Positions 1 to 10,037 of a stretch of 64,000 bases of DNA are shown here, piece by piece. The notes beneath the pieces are model-generated. The model made no database searches. It was not told where the DNA came from and saw only the letters and a program-made list of their open reading frames with translations. The first letter of the stretch is position 1, and each line of letters opens with the position of its first letter. The translations under genes were made by a program, and so were the position numbers. The stretch is from an uncultured Acidimicrobiaceae bacterium (lineage in GTDB: Bacteria > Actinomycetota > Acidimicrobiia > Acidimicrobiales > RAAP-2): positions 4,508-68,507 of the forward strand of contig CAVURD010000035.1 of the NCBI GenBank assembly GCA_963743785.1, read 5' to 3'.

Positions 1-201
1 CTCGTTGGGCGGCGCGTGGGTGATATCCCGGCCGTCGAATATGACTGCCCCTTTGTCCGCCTCGACCACGCCGCAGATCGCCTTGAGGAGGGTGGACTTG
101 CCCGCGCCATTGGTGCCGAGCAGGGCGATGATCTCGCCCTCGTCCACTTCGAGATCGACATCGAAGAGGACCTGGACCTGGCCGTAATACACGTTGAGTG
201 C
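1..201 (-). CDS. ABC transporter ATP-binding domain, LivF-like (N-terminal part only; continues beyond the left window edge)
   Basis: Reverse-strand translation reads ALNVYYGQVQVLFDVDLEVDEGEIIALLGTNGAGKSTLLKAICGVVEADKGAVIFDGRDITHAPPNE, with a Walker A GxxGxGKST motif and a LivF-type N-terminal strand. There is no start codon in this frame. It is 1 nt out of frame with the upstream membrane domain (see finding). Confidence 0.8.
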
Positions 202-1591
202 CCCGCACCAGCAACAACTTGACCTGACCCTCGCGGCGGGCGAAGAGGACCTCGGAGCGGGCGGCGGCCAACGTCCGGACCTGGGTGATGTCCCGGTCGA
301 TGACCCGTCCCGCGGTGGACAGGATCAGGCCCCCGATCAGGAACACCGGCACCAGGATCAGCATGCCGATCCGGATGCCGGCAGTGTCGGCGATGGCCCC
401 GATGATGGGCAGGATGATCAATCCCGGGATCACCCAGAGGGCGCCCATGGAGAACCCCAGGGACCTCGAGCGGGCCGGGATGGCCAAGGAGAGCGACCCG
501 TAGATGCCGGCGCCGATGGCGGCCAGCGAGGCCGTGACGGCCATGTTGACCAGGATGGTGATCCACAGGATCGGCACCAGGGCGAAGAGCACGAGAAGCC
601 CGGCGGCAACCGCAGCGACCACGGCCAGGAAGCGGATGATGAGCCCGGGGTCCTTGACGATCAGCTTGCTGGACACGTGGGCCCCGATGGCCAGGCCGAC
701 GAGCTGTGCCGGCTCGGCCGCGGCCGCCACCCAACCTCGCTGGACGACGTCGAGTCCGAACTTCTGCTGATAGAGCAGCGAGGCCAGCGAGGCGAAGCCC
801 ACCAGTGAGGCGGCGAGGAAGGGCAGGGCGAAGAAGATCCGCCGCAGGCTCTCGATCTTCCACACCGTGCGCCAGCCCTCGGCGAAGGACGGGGGTGGTT
901 CCTCGGTCAACAGCGCGTCGGTGACGCCCATGGCCATCCGCTCCTGGATCCCCCGGCTGGGCTCCCTCAGGCGCAGGCCGAGGAGGACCAGGATCAGCAC
1001 CGGAACCGAGAGCACGATGAACGGTGCCCGCCAGCCGAGCCAGGCGGCCAGCCCGCCGGCCAGGATCGGGCCGAGGAAGGCACCCACGGCGTTCGAGCCG
1101 AAGTAGAAGCTGTAGACCCGGGGTCGCGAGTTGATCGGGTACCAGTCGGCGATCAGCGGGTTGTGGGTGGGGCCGACGGTGGCTTTTCCGATCCCGGCCC
1201 CCGACTGCATGAGCACGAGCATCCACGCCGCGATGGCCAGGCCCGTTCCGAAGACGAAGCCGGCGAAGATGGTGGCACCGAGCAACATGAGGCGAACCCG
1301 GTTGTGCCGATCGGCCGCCTGGGCGATCGGCACCTGCAACGCCAGGCCCACCACGGCGGAGACCGCCACCACCGAGAGAATGCCGGAATTCGACAGATGG
1401 AAGGCGTCACGGATGTTGGGCAACAGGATCCCGAACGAGGTGTCGTTCATCTGGGTCACCATGTTGAGGCCGAACAGGATCATCAGCGCGTAGACCGGGC
1501 CACCCCCGGTGATGTCGCCGAGCCAGTGGCTTGGGTGCCGGATGGCCGCCCTGACCCTCGGCCCGATCGGGGCGGGCGGCGGTGGTGCCAC
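202..1591 (-). CDS. MFS-type polytopic membrane protein/domain, apparently continuous with the LivF-like ATPase
   Basis: My hand translation of the reverse strand from GTG at 1591 met no stop codon. It gives GPVYALMILFGLNMVTQMNDTSFGILLPNIRDAFHLSNSGILSVVAVSAVVGLALQVPIAQAADRHNRVRLMLLG... followed by many hydrophobic helices. This includes the MFS loop 2-3 signature (D-R-x-x-R). The ORF is absent from the track because it has no stop inside the window. Confidence 0.7.
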
Positions 1592-1605
1592 GGGAGGAGG
1601 CGAGA

Positions 1606-3795
1606 TCACGCCGTGGTCTCCACGTGCTCGACGGCTTCGGCGGCTTCGGCGATCGGGTGCCCGTCGTCGTCATGGGCCACCACGTGCTCCTCCACCGCTG
1701 TGATGAGGTGGCGCTCGGCCGGATCGACGAGGCCGGGACCGGTGGCGTGCGGCTCGGCCACGGCGCGGTCGGCCAGCAGGCTCGGGACGATGAGCCCTCG
1801 CCGGGTGGCCACCCACCGCAGCCCGGCGTCGCGCACCCGGTAGACCACATCGCTCAGCCCACCCGGCACGATCATCAGGACAAGCAGGACGCCGACGGCC
1901 GACGCCAGAGCCTGCCAGTCCGCCCCGGGCAGGAACCACTGGCCGCCCTCGAGGTAGATGGCCCCGAGGGCGGCGCCGAGGAGGGATCCGATGCCACCGA
2001 CCACGGCGGTGGTGAACACCAGGATGCTCTGGTCCGGCCCGAAGACGGTCGGGGTAAAGGCCTGGAGAAGGAAGACGTAGAGGCAACCGCCCACTCCGGC
2101 GACGAATCCCGACAGCGCGAAGGCGGTGAGCTTGGCCCGGCCCACGTTGATCCCGAAGGACTGCGCCGCCCGCTCGTTCTCCCGCAGGGCCAGGAGGACC
2201 CGGCCGGTCCGGGAGCGGCGCAGACTGCGCACGGCGAATGCCAACAGGACAAGACAGCCCAGACAGAAGTAGTAGTAGCTCGGCTGGGAGTTGAGATTGA
2301 AGACACCGAAGAGTTCCGGACGGACCACCCGGTTGACCGGCACCCAGGAGAAGTACTGGGGATTGAGCAGGTAGCTCGTGGTCGCGATGGCGAAGGCCAG
2401 CGTGGTCACGGCCGGGAAGAAGCCGCGCAGGCGCAGGGTGGGGAGACTGACGATCATGGCCACCCCGGCCCCGACCACCCCGGCGATGAGAACGGCCAGG
2501 GCCAGACTGAGGTGCCAGGTCTGCGTGGCGTAGGCGCCGGTGGCGGCGCCGAAGGCCACGAACGACATCTGGCCCAGCGTCAACTGGCCGGCCCACCCGG
2601 TGAGCATGACCACCGAGACGGTGATGATGACGAAGATCACGACCGCAGTGGCCTTGAGCTGGTTCCCGGCGTTGTCCGAGAGCAGCCACGGCAACGCGAG
2701 CACCGCGGCCCCCAAGACGAGCGCTCCGACCCAGCGCACCGCTCGGACCTCAATGAGCGAACGCAGTTCGCGGGGGACGGGACGGACCTCCTCGGACACG
2801 ACCCAGGTCGATACGGCGTTGACCCCGACCCGTGACGAGCCCACCCGGCGGACCAGCAGCACCACGATCACGACAGCAGCGAGGACCGGACCGACCAGGC
2901 CAGGGTCGGACTCGTGGTTCCACAACACTCCCTGCTGGAGGATGCCCAGGGCCACCGCAGCCAGGGCGATGGCGGGCAGATCGACCAGGTTTCCCAGCAC
3001 CATGGCGGCCAGTGAGGCCAGCAGGACGGTGAAGCTCAGGTCCAGCCCGAGGGGCAGGCCCAGGATGCCGGCCTGAAGGAAGACCCCGATGAATGAGAGC
3101 ACGCCGGCCACGGCCCACACCACCGTCTGCAGACGCTTCACCGGGATCCCGAGCAGGCTGGCCCGATCCGCCCGCTCGGCGCTGGCCCGGACGGCGATGC
3201 CGATGTTGCTGAAGCGCAGCATCAGGGCCACCCCGAGCAGGGCCAAGGGGGCGATGATCAGCGCCACCACGTCGTCGGCCGTGAAGACCAACGGGAAGAC
3301 GGTGAAGGTCAAGGAGATGGGCACGTGCACGACGCTGCTGGTGGGTTGCTGACCCCAGATCAACGGGATGAACAGCGCCGCGGCTCCCAGCAACTGCGAC
3401 AGTCCGATGGTGGCGACGGTGAGTATCAAGCGCGGCGAGTTGAAGAACCTCCGGATGATGACCAGTTCGACCAGGCTGCCCAACAGCAGTGACCCCACCA
3501 GCCCGACGGTGACGGCCAGGAAGTAGTTCACGCCGGCATAGACGATCAGCGACACCGCCATCACCGTCGGCGCCAGGCCCAGTTGGACTTGGGAGAAATT
3601 CAGGATCCGATTGGCCCGGTACACCAGTGCCATCCCCACCGCCACCAGCGCGCCGAGCAACCCGACGATGACGCCTTGCAACGTCACCCCCAGAGGCAGC
3701 GGGAAGAGGATCATCTGCACGGCGAGCACGGCCAAGGCCGGCACCAGCGTGGCGGCGACGAGGCGCAGCCTTCCCGTTGTATCCATGCCTCCCAA
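1606..3795 (-). CDS. branched-chain amino acid ABC transporter permease, fused LivH-like + LivM-like domains with an acidic C-terminal tail
   Basis: 729-aa ORF. The N-terminal half resembles LivH (LQGVIVGLLGALVAVGMALVYRANRILNFSQ) and the second half resembles LivM (many TM helices, GQLTLGQMSFVAFGAATGAY). RBS GGGAGG lies upstream of the ATG at 3795. Confidence 0.9.
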   Translation of the reverse strand: MGGMDTTGRLRLVAATLVPALAVLAVQMILFPLPLGVTLQGVIVGLLGALVAVGMALVYRANRILNFSQVQLGLAPTVMAVSLIVYAGVNYFLAVTVGLVGSLLLGSLVELVIIRRFFNSPRLILTVATIGLSQLLGAAALFIPLIWGQQPTSSVVHVPISLTFTVFPLVFTADDVVALIIAPLALLGVALMLRFSNIGIAVRASAERADRASLLGIPVKRLQTVVWAVAGVLSFIGVFLQAGILGLPLGLDLSFTVLLASLAAMVLGNLVDLPAIALAAVALGILQQGVLWNHESDPGLVGPVLAAVVIVVLLVRRVGSSRVGVNAVSTWVVSEEVRPVPRELRSLIEVRAVRWVGALVLGAAVLALPWLLSDNAGNQLKATAVVIFVIITVSVVMLTGWAGQLTLGQMSFVAFGAATGAYATQTWHLSLALAVLIAGVVGAGVAMIVSLPTLRLRGFFPAVTTLAFAIATTSYLLNPQYFSWVPVNRVVRPELFGVFNLNSQPSYYYFCLGCLVLLAFAVRSLRRSRTGRVLLALRENERAAQSFGINVGRAKLTAFALSGFVAGVGGCLYVFLLQAFTPTVFGPDQSILVFTTAVVGGIGSLLGAALGAIYLEGGQWFLPGADWQALASAVGVLLVLMIVPGGLSDVVYRVRDAGLRWVATRRGLIVPSLLADRAVAEPHATGPGLVDPAERHLITAVEEHVVAHDDDGHPIAEAAEAVEHVETTA

Positions 3796-4024
3796 CGGGT
3801 CAGTCCCCCCTTACGTCGTCAGCCGCCCGGTCGCATGGACCGTCGGCGCCCGCTCGTGGAGAAGGCCGACTCTCTCGCGGACCTCTTCGAGCAGGTCCCG
3901 GCGGATAGGTGACATCGGCCGAATCCAGCAGCGCGCCCTTCATGACGGTGGCGCGTTGAACAGAAGCTAACGGGCGGGCTCGGGGTTGTCCACAGGCTGA
4001 GCGCAACTCAGGTGACGACCCCGG

Positions 4025-5963
4025 TCACCGAGCGACGCGTGGTTCCTCCGATCCTCCGCAGCGACCAGCAACCGCGCCCTTGGTGCGAAACTCGAGTCCC
4101 TCGAAGTCGCCCGAGGTGCGCCACGCGTCGATGAAGGGGAAGAAGGCCACCGGCCCTTCGGGGTAGCGACCGGTGTTGAGCAGCTCGCGCCGCCCCATGG
4201 GTCGGCCCTCGTTGTTGTAGTACCCAGGAGTGCAGTCTGGGTCGGCCAGGAACGACTGGCCGCTGCCCTCGACCCTCCGTACCCAGTCCCCCTCGGCGAC
4301 GTCGCTCACCTCGACTTCGTCGGCGCCGACCTCGAGCGCGTGGGCGACCACGGTGGCGATCGTCGTGCCGGCTTCCGTGAGGTTGTGCGTGATATTGGAG
4401 ATGAGGCTGGCATTTTGATTCGGGCCCACGATGAACAGGTTCGGGAAGCCGTGCACGTGAAGGCCGTGCATGCTTCGCATGCCCTCGGCCCAGTGCTCCG
4501 AGAGCAGGAGCCCGCCACGACCCGCCGCCTGGAAGCCCGATCGCCTCGCGTAGTCGGTGCCGACTTCGAAGCCCGACGCGAAGATGAGGCAGTCGAGCTC
4601 GTAGTGCGCACCGCCGACCCAGACCCCGGACTCGTCGATCGCCTCGACGCCACGGCCTTCGCTGTCGACCAGCTGGACCCCGGGCTCGTTGAAGGCCTGG
4701 AGGTACTCGTCGTGGAAACACGGCCGCTTGCAGAGTTGGCGGTACCACGGCTTCAGCCCCTGGGCGGTCTGGGGATCCGCCACGACCGCATCGACCCGGG
4801 CCCGGATCTCGGCCATCTTCTCGTCGTCGCTCTCCTCATAGGCCCGCCGGAATTCCTCGGGGCCGAAGGGGACATCCGGTTGCGTCGAGGCCGGCGACGA
4901 TGCGGTCGCGGATCCGCTGTGAGATATCGGTCCAGCCGTCCTTGACCAGGTCCTCGTCGGCGAAACCACCGGCCTGGAGGGTGGCGAAGTTCATCAGCCA
5001 CTTCTCCTGCCAGCCGGCCTCGAGCGTGGAGAAGAATTCCGGTTCGATGGGGTGGTTGTTGCGGACGTCGATCGAGGACGGCGTCCGTTGGAACACGAAC
5101 AGCTCTCGCGCGGCCCGGGCCAGTGGGGGAATGCACTGCACCGCCGTGGCGCCGGTGCCGATGATGCCGATCCTCTTGTCGCCCAACTTGTCCATAGGTG
5201 CCCCGCTGTAGGCGCCGCCGGTGTAGTCGTAGTCCCAACGGCTGGTGTGGAAGCAGTGTCCGGTGAAGGTCTCGAGGCCTGGGATACCGGGCAGCTTGGG
5301 CCGGTGCAACGGGCCTGTGCCCATGGAGACGAACCGGGCCCGGATGCGGTCACCCCGGTTGGTCTGGACGATCCACCGCGACGAGGTCTCGTCCCACCTG
5401 AGAGAGGACACCTCAGTGGAGAAGAGCGACTGTTCGTAGAGCCCGAAGTGGCGGGCAATTCGCTGGGCGTGCCCGAAAATCTCAGGGGCGAAGGTGTACT
5501 TCTGCGTGGGCCGGTGCCCGGTCTCCTCGAGCAGGGGCAGGTAGATCATCGCCGCGGTGTCGCACATGGCGCCCGGGTATCGATTCCAGTACCACGCTCC
5601 CCCGACGTCGCCGCCGCCCTCGATGATGCGCACGTCGGTGACGCCGGCTTGTTTGAGGCGGGCGCCGGTCACCAGTCCCGAGAAGCCGCCCCCGATGATC
5701 ACGACCGCCACCTCGTCGGAGACCGGCGCCCGATCGACCGGCTCGGCGTAAGGGTCATCTAGGAAGTGGGCGAACCGACCGGTCGGCTCGATGTACTGGT
5801 CGTTCCCGTCCGGCCGCAGCCGCTTTTCCCGCTCTTCGCGGTACTTGGCCCGCAGTGCCTCACGATCGATCGGGTCGGCGATGACGGTCTCGCTGGCGTG
5901 TTGCCTGGTACTCACGGGCACATTCTGGCCCGAATCTGCACCGTGCTCAGGCCCTGGGAGCAA
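4025..5963 (-). pseudogene. Baeyer-Villiger (flavin-containing, type I) monooxygenase, frame-disrupted near 4885-4895
   Basis: Two overlapping ORFs (4836..5963 and 4025..4969) together make one BVMO. The N-terminal part has the FAD fold GGGFSGL and GGAWYWNRYPGAMCD, then GTGATAVQ. The C-terminal part continues with DVPFGPEEFRRAYEESDDEKM...KPWYRQLCKRPCFHDEYLQAFN. The junction (...RIVAG / STQPDVPFG) needs a 1-nt correction. Confidence 0.85.
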
Positions 5964-5972
5964 AAGTTGGCC

Positions 5973-7229
5973 TCAGCCGGGGGCTGTGACCTGGTACTCC
6001 TCTTTCCACCAACGCGCGGCCGCGACGTCAGCGGGATCGGTGCGTAGCGACGTGTCCTGACCCAGGTCGGCCGGCGTCGGGCCAACTCGGTCAGCGATGG
6101 GTTGGAGGGCGGACAGGTCGAAGCTGTAACAACGGGCGGCGGTCTCCCCGAGAAGCTTGCGGGTGTCCTCGACCGGAATGCCACCGAAATCGCTCCGCAG
6201 TTTCTCCTGGGTGTGCGGCCAGGTGCCTTCAGGGTGGGGATAGTCGGTGCCCCACATCACGACGTCGCATCCGAGAATATGACGGCGCCTGATCTCCTCC
6301 TTGGACATGGTGGACGCGCCGATGAAGATGTTCTCGCCGAAGTAGTCCGAGGGCAGTTTTGAGATCTTGCCGGCCAGGAGCGCGGCCATCTTCTTGGTGG
6401 TGTGACCGCCCCCCATGTACTGGTCCCACTTCCACATCAGGTCGGCGGCCCAATAGGCCGCCGCTTCGGTCACCACATACTTCAGTCCCGGAAAGCGCTC
6501 GAAGACTCCGGAAAAGAGGAGGTGCCACATGGGACGGGTCGCCCACCAGACCACTTCGGCCAGGTAGATGCCGATGTTGTCGTTGTACTCGTCCTGCGGT
6601 GCTTCCCCCGAATGGGTATGCACCGGAAAACCGGCGGCCTGGCAGGCAGCCCACACCGGGTCGTAGTCGGGGTGGTTGTAGGGCTGGAGGTCGTGCCACA
6701 TGGTCGGCACCATGACACCCTTGATGCCCGGCTGGGCGGCCAACCAGTCGATCTCGGCCACTGAGCGCTCGACACTGTGGGTGATCGGCACGAGCGCGAT
6801 GCCGCCGTGGCGCTCGGGATTGCGGCTGCACATCTCGGCCAGGAAACGGTTGTGGGCCCGCGCCCCGGCGAAGGCCAGTTCGGGATCGGTGATGGATCCG
6901 GCGGCGAGGCCGGCGCCGAACGGGGGCGAGGACATCCCGGTGATCGCATCGGCATCGGCGAACATCACCTCAGCGGTCACACCGTCGGCATCAAGTTCCT
7001 TGTCGCGCTGGTCAATGTCCCACGCACCCCGCAGGCCTTCTGCGTTCTCGGTCTCCCACCCCATGATGTAGTCGTAATTCATCTGCAGGGCCTGATTGCG
7101 GCTCGCCTCGCGTTCGGCCAGGTACTCGTCGAACTGCGGCAGATACTTGGGGTCGAGGTAGGGCCGGTACTCCTGGCAGGGCAGACCGGCGTGGGCGTCG
7201 GCCGAGATGATCGTGTAGCGCTCACTCAT
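5973..7229 (-). CDS. amidohydrolase family protein (amidohydrolase_2, metal-dependent hydrolase/decarboxylase type)
   Basis: 418-aa ORF, MSERYTIISADAHAGLP... with His-rich metal-ligand motifs (HTHSGE, WGTDYPHPEG). It is a paralog of 8780..10033. Confidence 0.85.
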   Translation of the reverse strand: MSERYTIISADAHAGLPCQEYRPYLDPKYLPQFDEYLAEREASRNQALQMNYDYIMGWETENAEGLRGAWDIDQRDKELDADGVTAEVMFADADAITGMSSPPFGAGLAAGSITDPELAFAGARAHNRFLAEMCSRNPERHGGIALVPITHSVERSVAEIDWLAAQPGIKGVMVPTMWHDLQPYNHPDYDPVWAACQAAGFPVHTHSGEAPQDEYNDNIGIYLAEVVWWATRPMWHLLFSGVFERFPGLKYVVTEAAAYWAADLMWKWDQYMGGGHTTKKMAALLAGKISKLPSDYFGENIFIGASTMSKEEIRRRHILGCDVVMWGTDYPHPEGTWPHTQEKLRSDFGGIPVEDTRKLLGETAARCYSFDLSALQPIADRVGPTPADLGQDTSLRTDPADVAAARWWKEEYQVTAPG

Positions 7230-8002
7230 TTCTTCGCCCCCAACACCGAGAGATCGTCATAGCGCTGATGGAGGTACGGCTCGAGATCGGCCCGGGGCAC
7301 CGGCCCGATGATGCGGCCGACCTGCGTCGAGGCCCGCTCGGTCCAGTTGATGTCGACGATCCGGCGGATGACGAGATCGGCGATCGGGTCGAGCGGGGCC
7401 TCTTTGATGATGAGCTCACCCTCGATCCCCTCATGGAGCCGGGCTCGCTCGGTCTTTTCGCCGTAGACCAGGAGCGGATCCTGGTCCAGCCGGCCCGGCG
7501 CTTCGGCCGAGGGGGACAACTTGAACCAGAAGTCGGTCTTCTCGAGCTCGTAGTTCTCACGCGTCTCGGTGACCGAGCCGACGATCTCGCACAGCAGCGA
7601 CCCCATGCGGGACACGCTGGCTTCGACCCGAGCCCCGTCACGTCGCACCACCACCTCGGCCAACTTCTTGGGCTCGCCGTAGGTCTCGCGCCCGCCGATG
7701 GTGGACTGCTCGGTGGTCATGGGCATGAAGATCGGGTACTCCCCGATCCGATCACCGTGTCGAGCTTGCACGCCGATCCATCCGGCCCCGAAGACCGGGA
7801 GTCCGGGCATCTCCACTTTGGTGATGGTGACGCGCACCAGTGGTTCTGGTCCCACTTCGAGCGGTGGGGGAAGGACGGCGGCGATGATCCCAGGATCGGT
7901 CTCGTAGATGGCGGTGACCGCCTCGGACCAGATGTCCGCTTTCTTGGCCGCGATCTCGTGGCTGACCTGCTCGCGGCGTGCTCCGTATCTGATGGTGTCC
8001 AT
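7226..8002 (-). CDS. acetoacetate decarboxylase (ADC) family protein
   Basis: MDTIRYGARREQV...GGRETYGEPKKLAEV... is typical of the ADC family. RBS GGGAGG lies 5 nt before the ATG at 8002. The stop overlaps the start of the downstream amidohydrolase gene (ATGA). Confidence 0.8.
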   Translation of the reverse strand: MDTIRYGARREQVSHEIAAKKADIWSEAVTAIYETDPGIIAAVLPPPLEVGPEPLVRVTITKVEMPGLPVFGAGWIGVQARHGDRIGEYPIFMPMTTEQSTIGGRETYGEPKKLAEVVVRRDGARVEASVSRMGSLLCEIVGSVTETRENYELEKTDFWFKLSPSAEAPGRLDQDPLLVYGEKTERARLHEGIEGELIIKEAPLDPIADLVIRRIVDINWTERASTQVGRIIGPVPRADLEPYLHQRYDDLSVLGAKK

Positions 8003-8071
8003 ATGCCCTCCCTTCTGTAACACTGTTCCACACGAGGGGACAGGTGTCGAGAGTCGCTACGCTCGCCCGGC

Positions 8072-8716
8072 GTGACCTCCCTGAAGACTCCCCCGGCCGG
8101 GTCCGGAGAGCCAACCGGGCAGCGTTTGGTGGCGGCCGCCCGGGAGTTGCTGCTCCGTGACGGGGTGACCGGGGTCACCATGCGCAAGGTGGCCACCATG
8201 GCCGGCGTGACCCCGACCTCGGTCTACTGGCATTTCGGGAGCCGGGAAGCCCTGCTGGACCAGGTGCTGACGGCGCTGATCGAGGAATTGCCCGAGCCCC
8301 GAGCCCGCGGTCGTTCCCCCCGCAAGCGGATGCTCGAGCTGGCCCAGGAGCTGCGAGCGCAGGTGGCCGCCACCCAACCGGTCCAGGCGCTGGCGTTGGA
8401 GTTGGGGCGAGCGGCCGAGCTCTCCTTCCCGACCCAGGTGGCGCTGGCCCGCGAGGTGGCCGCGTCCGGCCTGCGCGGCGATGACGCCGCCATGGTGGTG
8501 CGGGCCATTCTGTTCACCGTCGGTGGGTTCATTCTCTTGACCGACAATTTCGAACAACGGGTGCCCGGGAGCGAAACGACGCAGGAGCTCTGGCACAGCC
8601 TGGGTGGTGGCGCCGTCGACGCCGGGCTCCAGCGGGCGATGGAACAGGGCGTCGATACCGATGTGCTGTTTGCCTTCACTCTGGACAAACTGCTCGACGG
8701 CCTGCTTCCGGACTGA
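8072..8716 (+). CDS. TetR/AcrR family transcriptional regulator
   Basis: N-terminal HTH LVAAARELLLRDGVTGVTMRKVATMAGVTPTSVYWHFGSREALLDQV. It is divergent from the ADC/amidohydrolase/BVMO genes. Confidence 0.9.
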   Translation: MTSLKTPPAGSGEPTGQRLVAAARELLLRDGVTGVTMRKVATMAGVTPTSVYWHFGSREALLDQVLTALIEELPEPRARGRSPRKRMLELAQELRAQVAATQPVQALALELGRAAELSFPTQVALAREVAASGLRGDDAAMVVRAILFTVGGFILLTDNFEQRVPGSETTQELWHSLGGGAVDAGLQRAMEQGVDTDVLFAFTLDKLLDGLLPD

Positions 8717-8779
8717 ACACCCAGGCGCGACGGCCGCGGCGACCAACCGCGACGACCCGGCGTGGATGATCGGACGGGC

Positions 8780-10033
8780 CTACCAGGCGCGCAGCATCTG
8801 AGTCCGGTCGAAGGCATTGCAGGTCGAATCGGTCGGCCAGTCATCCTGGGCCAGCGGCGTACTGACGTCCGTCACGGCGGGACCGATGCGGTCGCCGACC
8901 GGACGGAGCTGCTCGAGATCGAAGCCGTAGAAGTCAGCCGCGGTGGACTCCACCATGGTCCGTACCTCGCCCACCGGCCGGTCGGCAAAGGCCACGCGCA
9001 GGGCCTCGGTGGTGTGGGGGTAGGTGCCCTCCGAATGCGGATAGTCGGCCCCCCACATGATGTGCTCGATTCCGAGTTCGTTGCACAAGGGAGCCTCGCT
9101 CGGTCGCAGGAAGCTCGCTCCGATCCAGAAGTTGCGGGCGAAATAGTCCGAGGGCTTCATCGACAAGTGGGCGGCCGCGGCGCCGAAATACCGGGCCTCG
9201 GCCGCTTCGGGCAGCGTCATGCGCCCGTAGAACCAGTCCAGCGTTTCGAGCCCGCGGGGCAACCACGCCACTCCCTGCTCGGTGACGGCGAAGCGTAGGT
9301 TGGGATGGCGCTCGAGCACGCCGGCGAAGATGAGATGCCAGACGGCGCGGTGGCTGAACCACGGGATCTCGATCAGCATCATGGACCGAGCTGCTTCGTG
9401 CTCGCCGTAGTCGGGCAGGGCACTCCCGCCGTGAATGTTGATCGGCACGCCCAGGTCGGCACAGAGTTGCCAGAGGGGCTCATAGTGCGGTTCCCACAGC
9501 GGGGGCAGATGTGAATTCGGGGGAATGGACGGCAACAGGATCCCGCCGAAGGGATGGAAACGTTCCACAGCCCACCGCACTTCGGCCAGCGCGTCCTCCA
9601 TGCGATTGGCGAAGACCTGCACCACGCCGGCCCGCCGGCCCGGCGTGGTGGCACAGAAATCGGCCAGCCAGCGGTTGTGCGCCTGCACCCCGGCCCATCG
9701 AGCCTCGTAGTCCTCCGGAGTGGGCGGAAGCGCCACCAGATTGCCCTCGGAGAAGAAGGGCGGCACGGTATTCGGGAAGAGCACCTCGGCGGCGATCCCG
9801 TCGGATTCGGTCTCGGACAGCCGGCGATCGCTGTCCCAACTGCGGTAGGCGATGGGAGCCAGAAGGTCCGCGAAGGGGTTTACGTAGTCGGCCGCCCAGG
9901 CATCGAAGTCATCGTGCCAGCGGCTGGCCAGGTACGGCCGGTAGTCCTGAATGTCGCCACCGGCGTGGCCGTCGGACGAGATGATCGTGTAGCGATCGGT
10001 GGTCGGGCTGGTCCCGGTCACGGTCATGGCCAC
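8780..10033 (-). CDS. amidohydrolase family protein (amidohydrolase_2), paralog of 5973..7229
   Basis: 417-aa ORF, ...DRYTIISSDGHAGGDIQDYRPYLASRW..., with the same architecture and C-terminal WGADYPHSEG motif as its paralog. Confidence 0.85.
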   Translation of the reverse strand: MAMTVTGTSPTTDRYTIISSDGHAGGDIQDYRPYLASRWHDDFDAWAADYVNPFADLLAPIAYRSWDSDRRLSETESDGIAAEVLFPNTVPPFFSEGNLVALPPTPEDYEARWAGVQAHNRWLADFCATTPGRRAGVVQVFANRMEDALAEVRWAVERFHPFGGILLPSIPPNSHLPPLWEPHYEPLWQLCADLGVPINIHGGSALPDYGEHEAARSMMLIEIPWFSHRAVWHLIFAGVLERHPNLRFAVTEQGVAWLPRGLETLDWFYGRMTLPEAAEARYFGAAAAHLSMKPSDYFARNFWIGASFLRPSEAPLCNELGIEHIMWGADYPHSEGTYPHTTEALRVAFADRPVGEVRTMVESTAADFYGFDLEQLRPVGDRIGPAVTDVSTPLAQDDWPTDSTCNAFDRTQMLRAW

Positions 10034-10037
10034 TCCT

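Noticed and set aside
3796-4024. A missing solute-binding protein gene or a regulatory RNA upstream of the Liv-type permease.
   Set aside because: The only ORF here (3800..4006 -) is a shadow-like 68-aa string. Only short GC hairpins are present. The binding protein is presumably encoded elsewhere.
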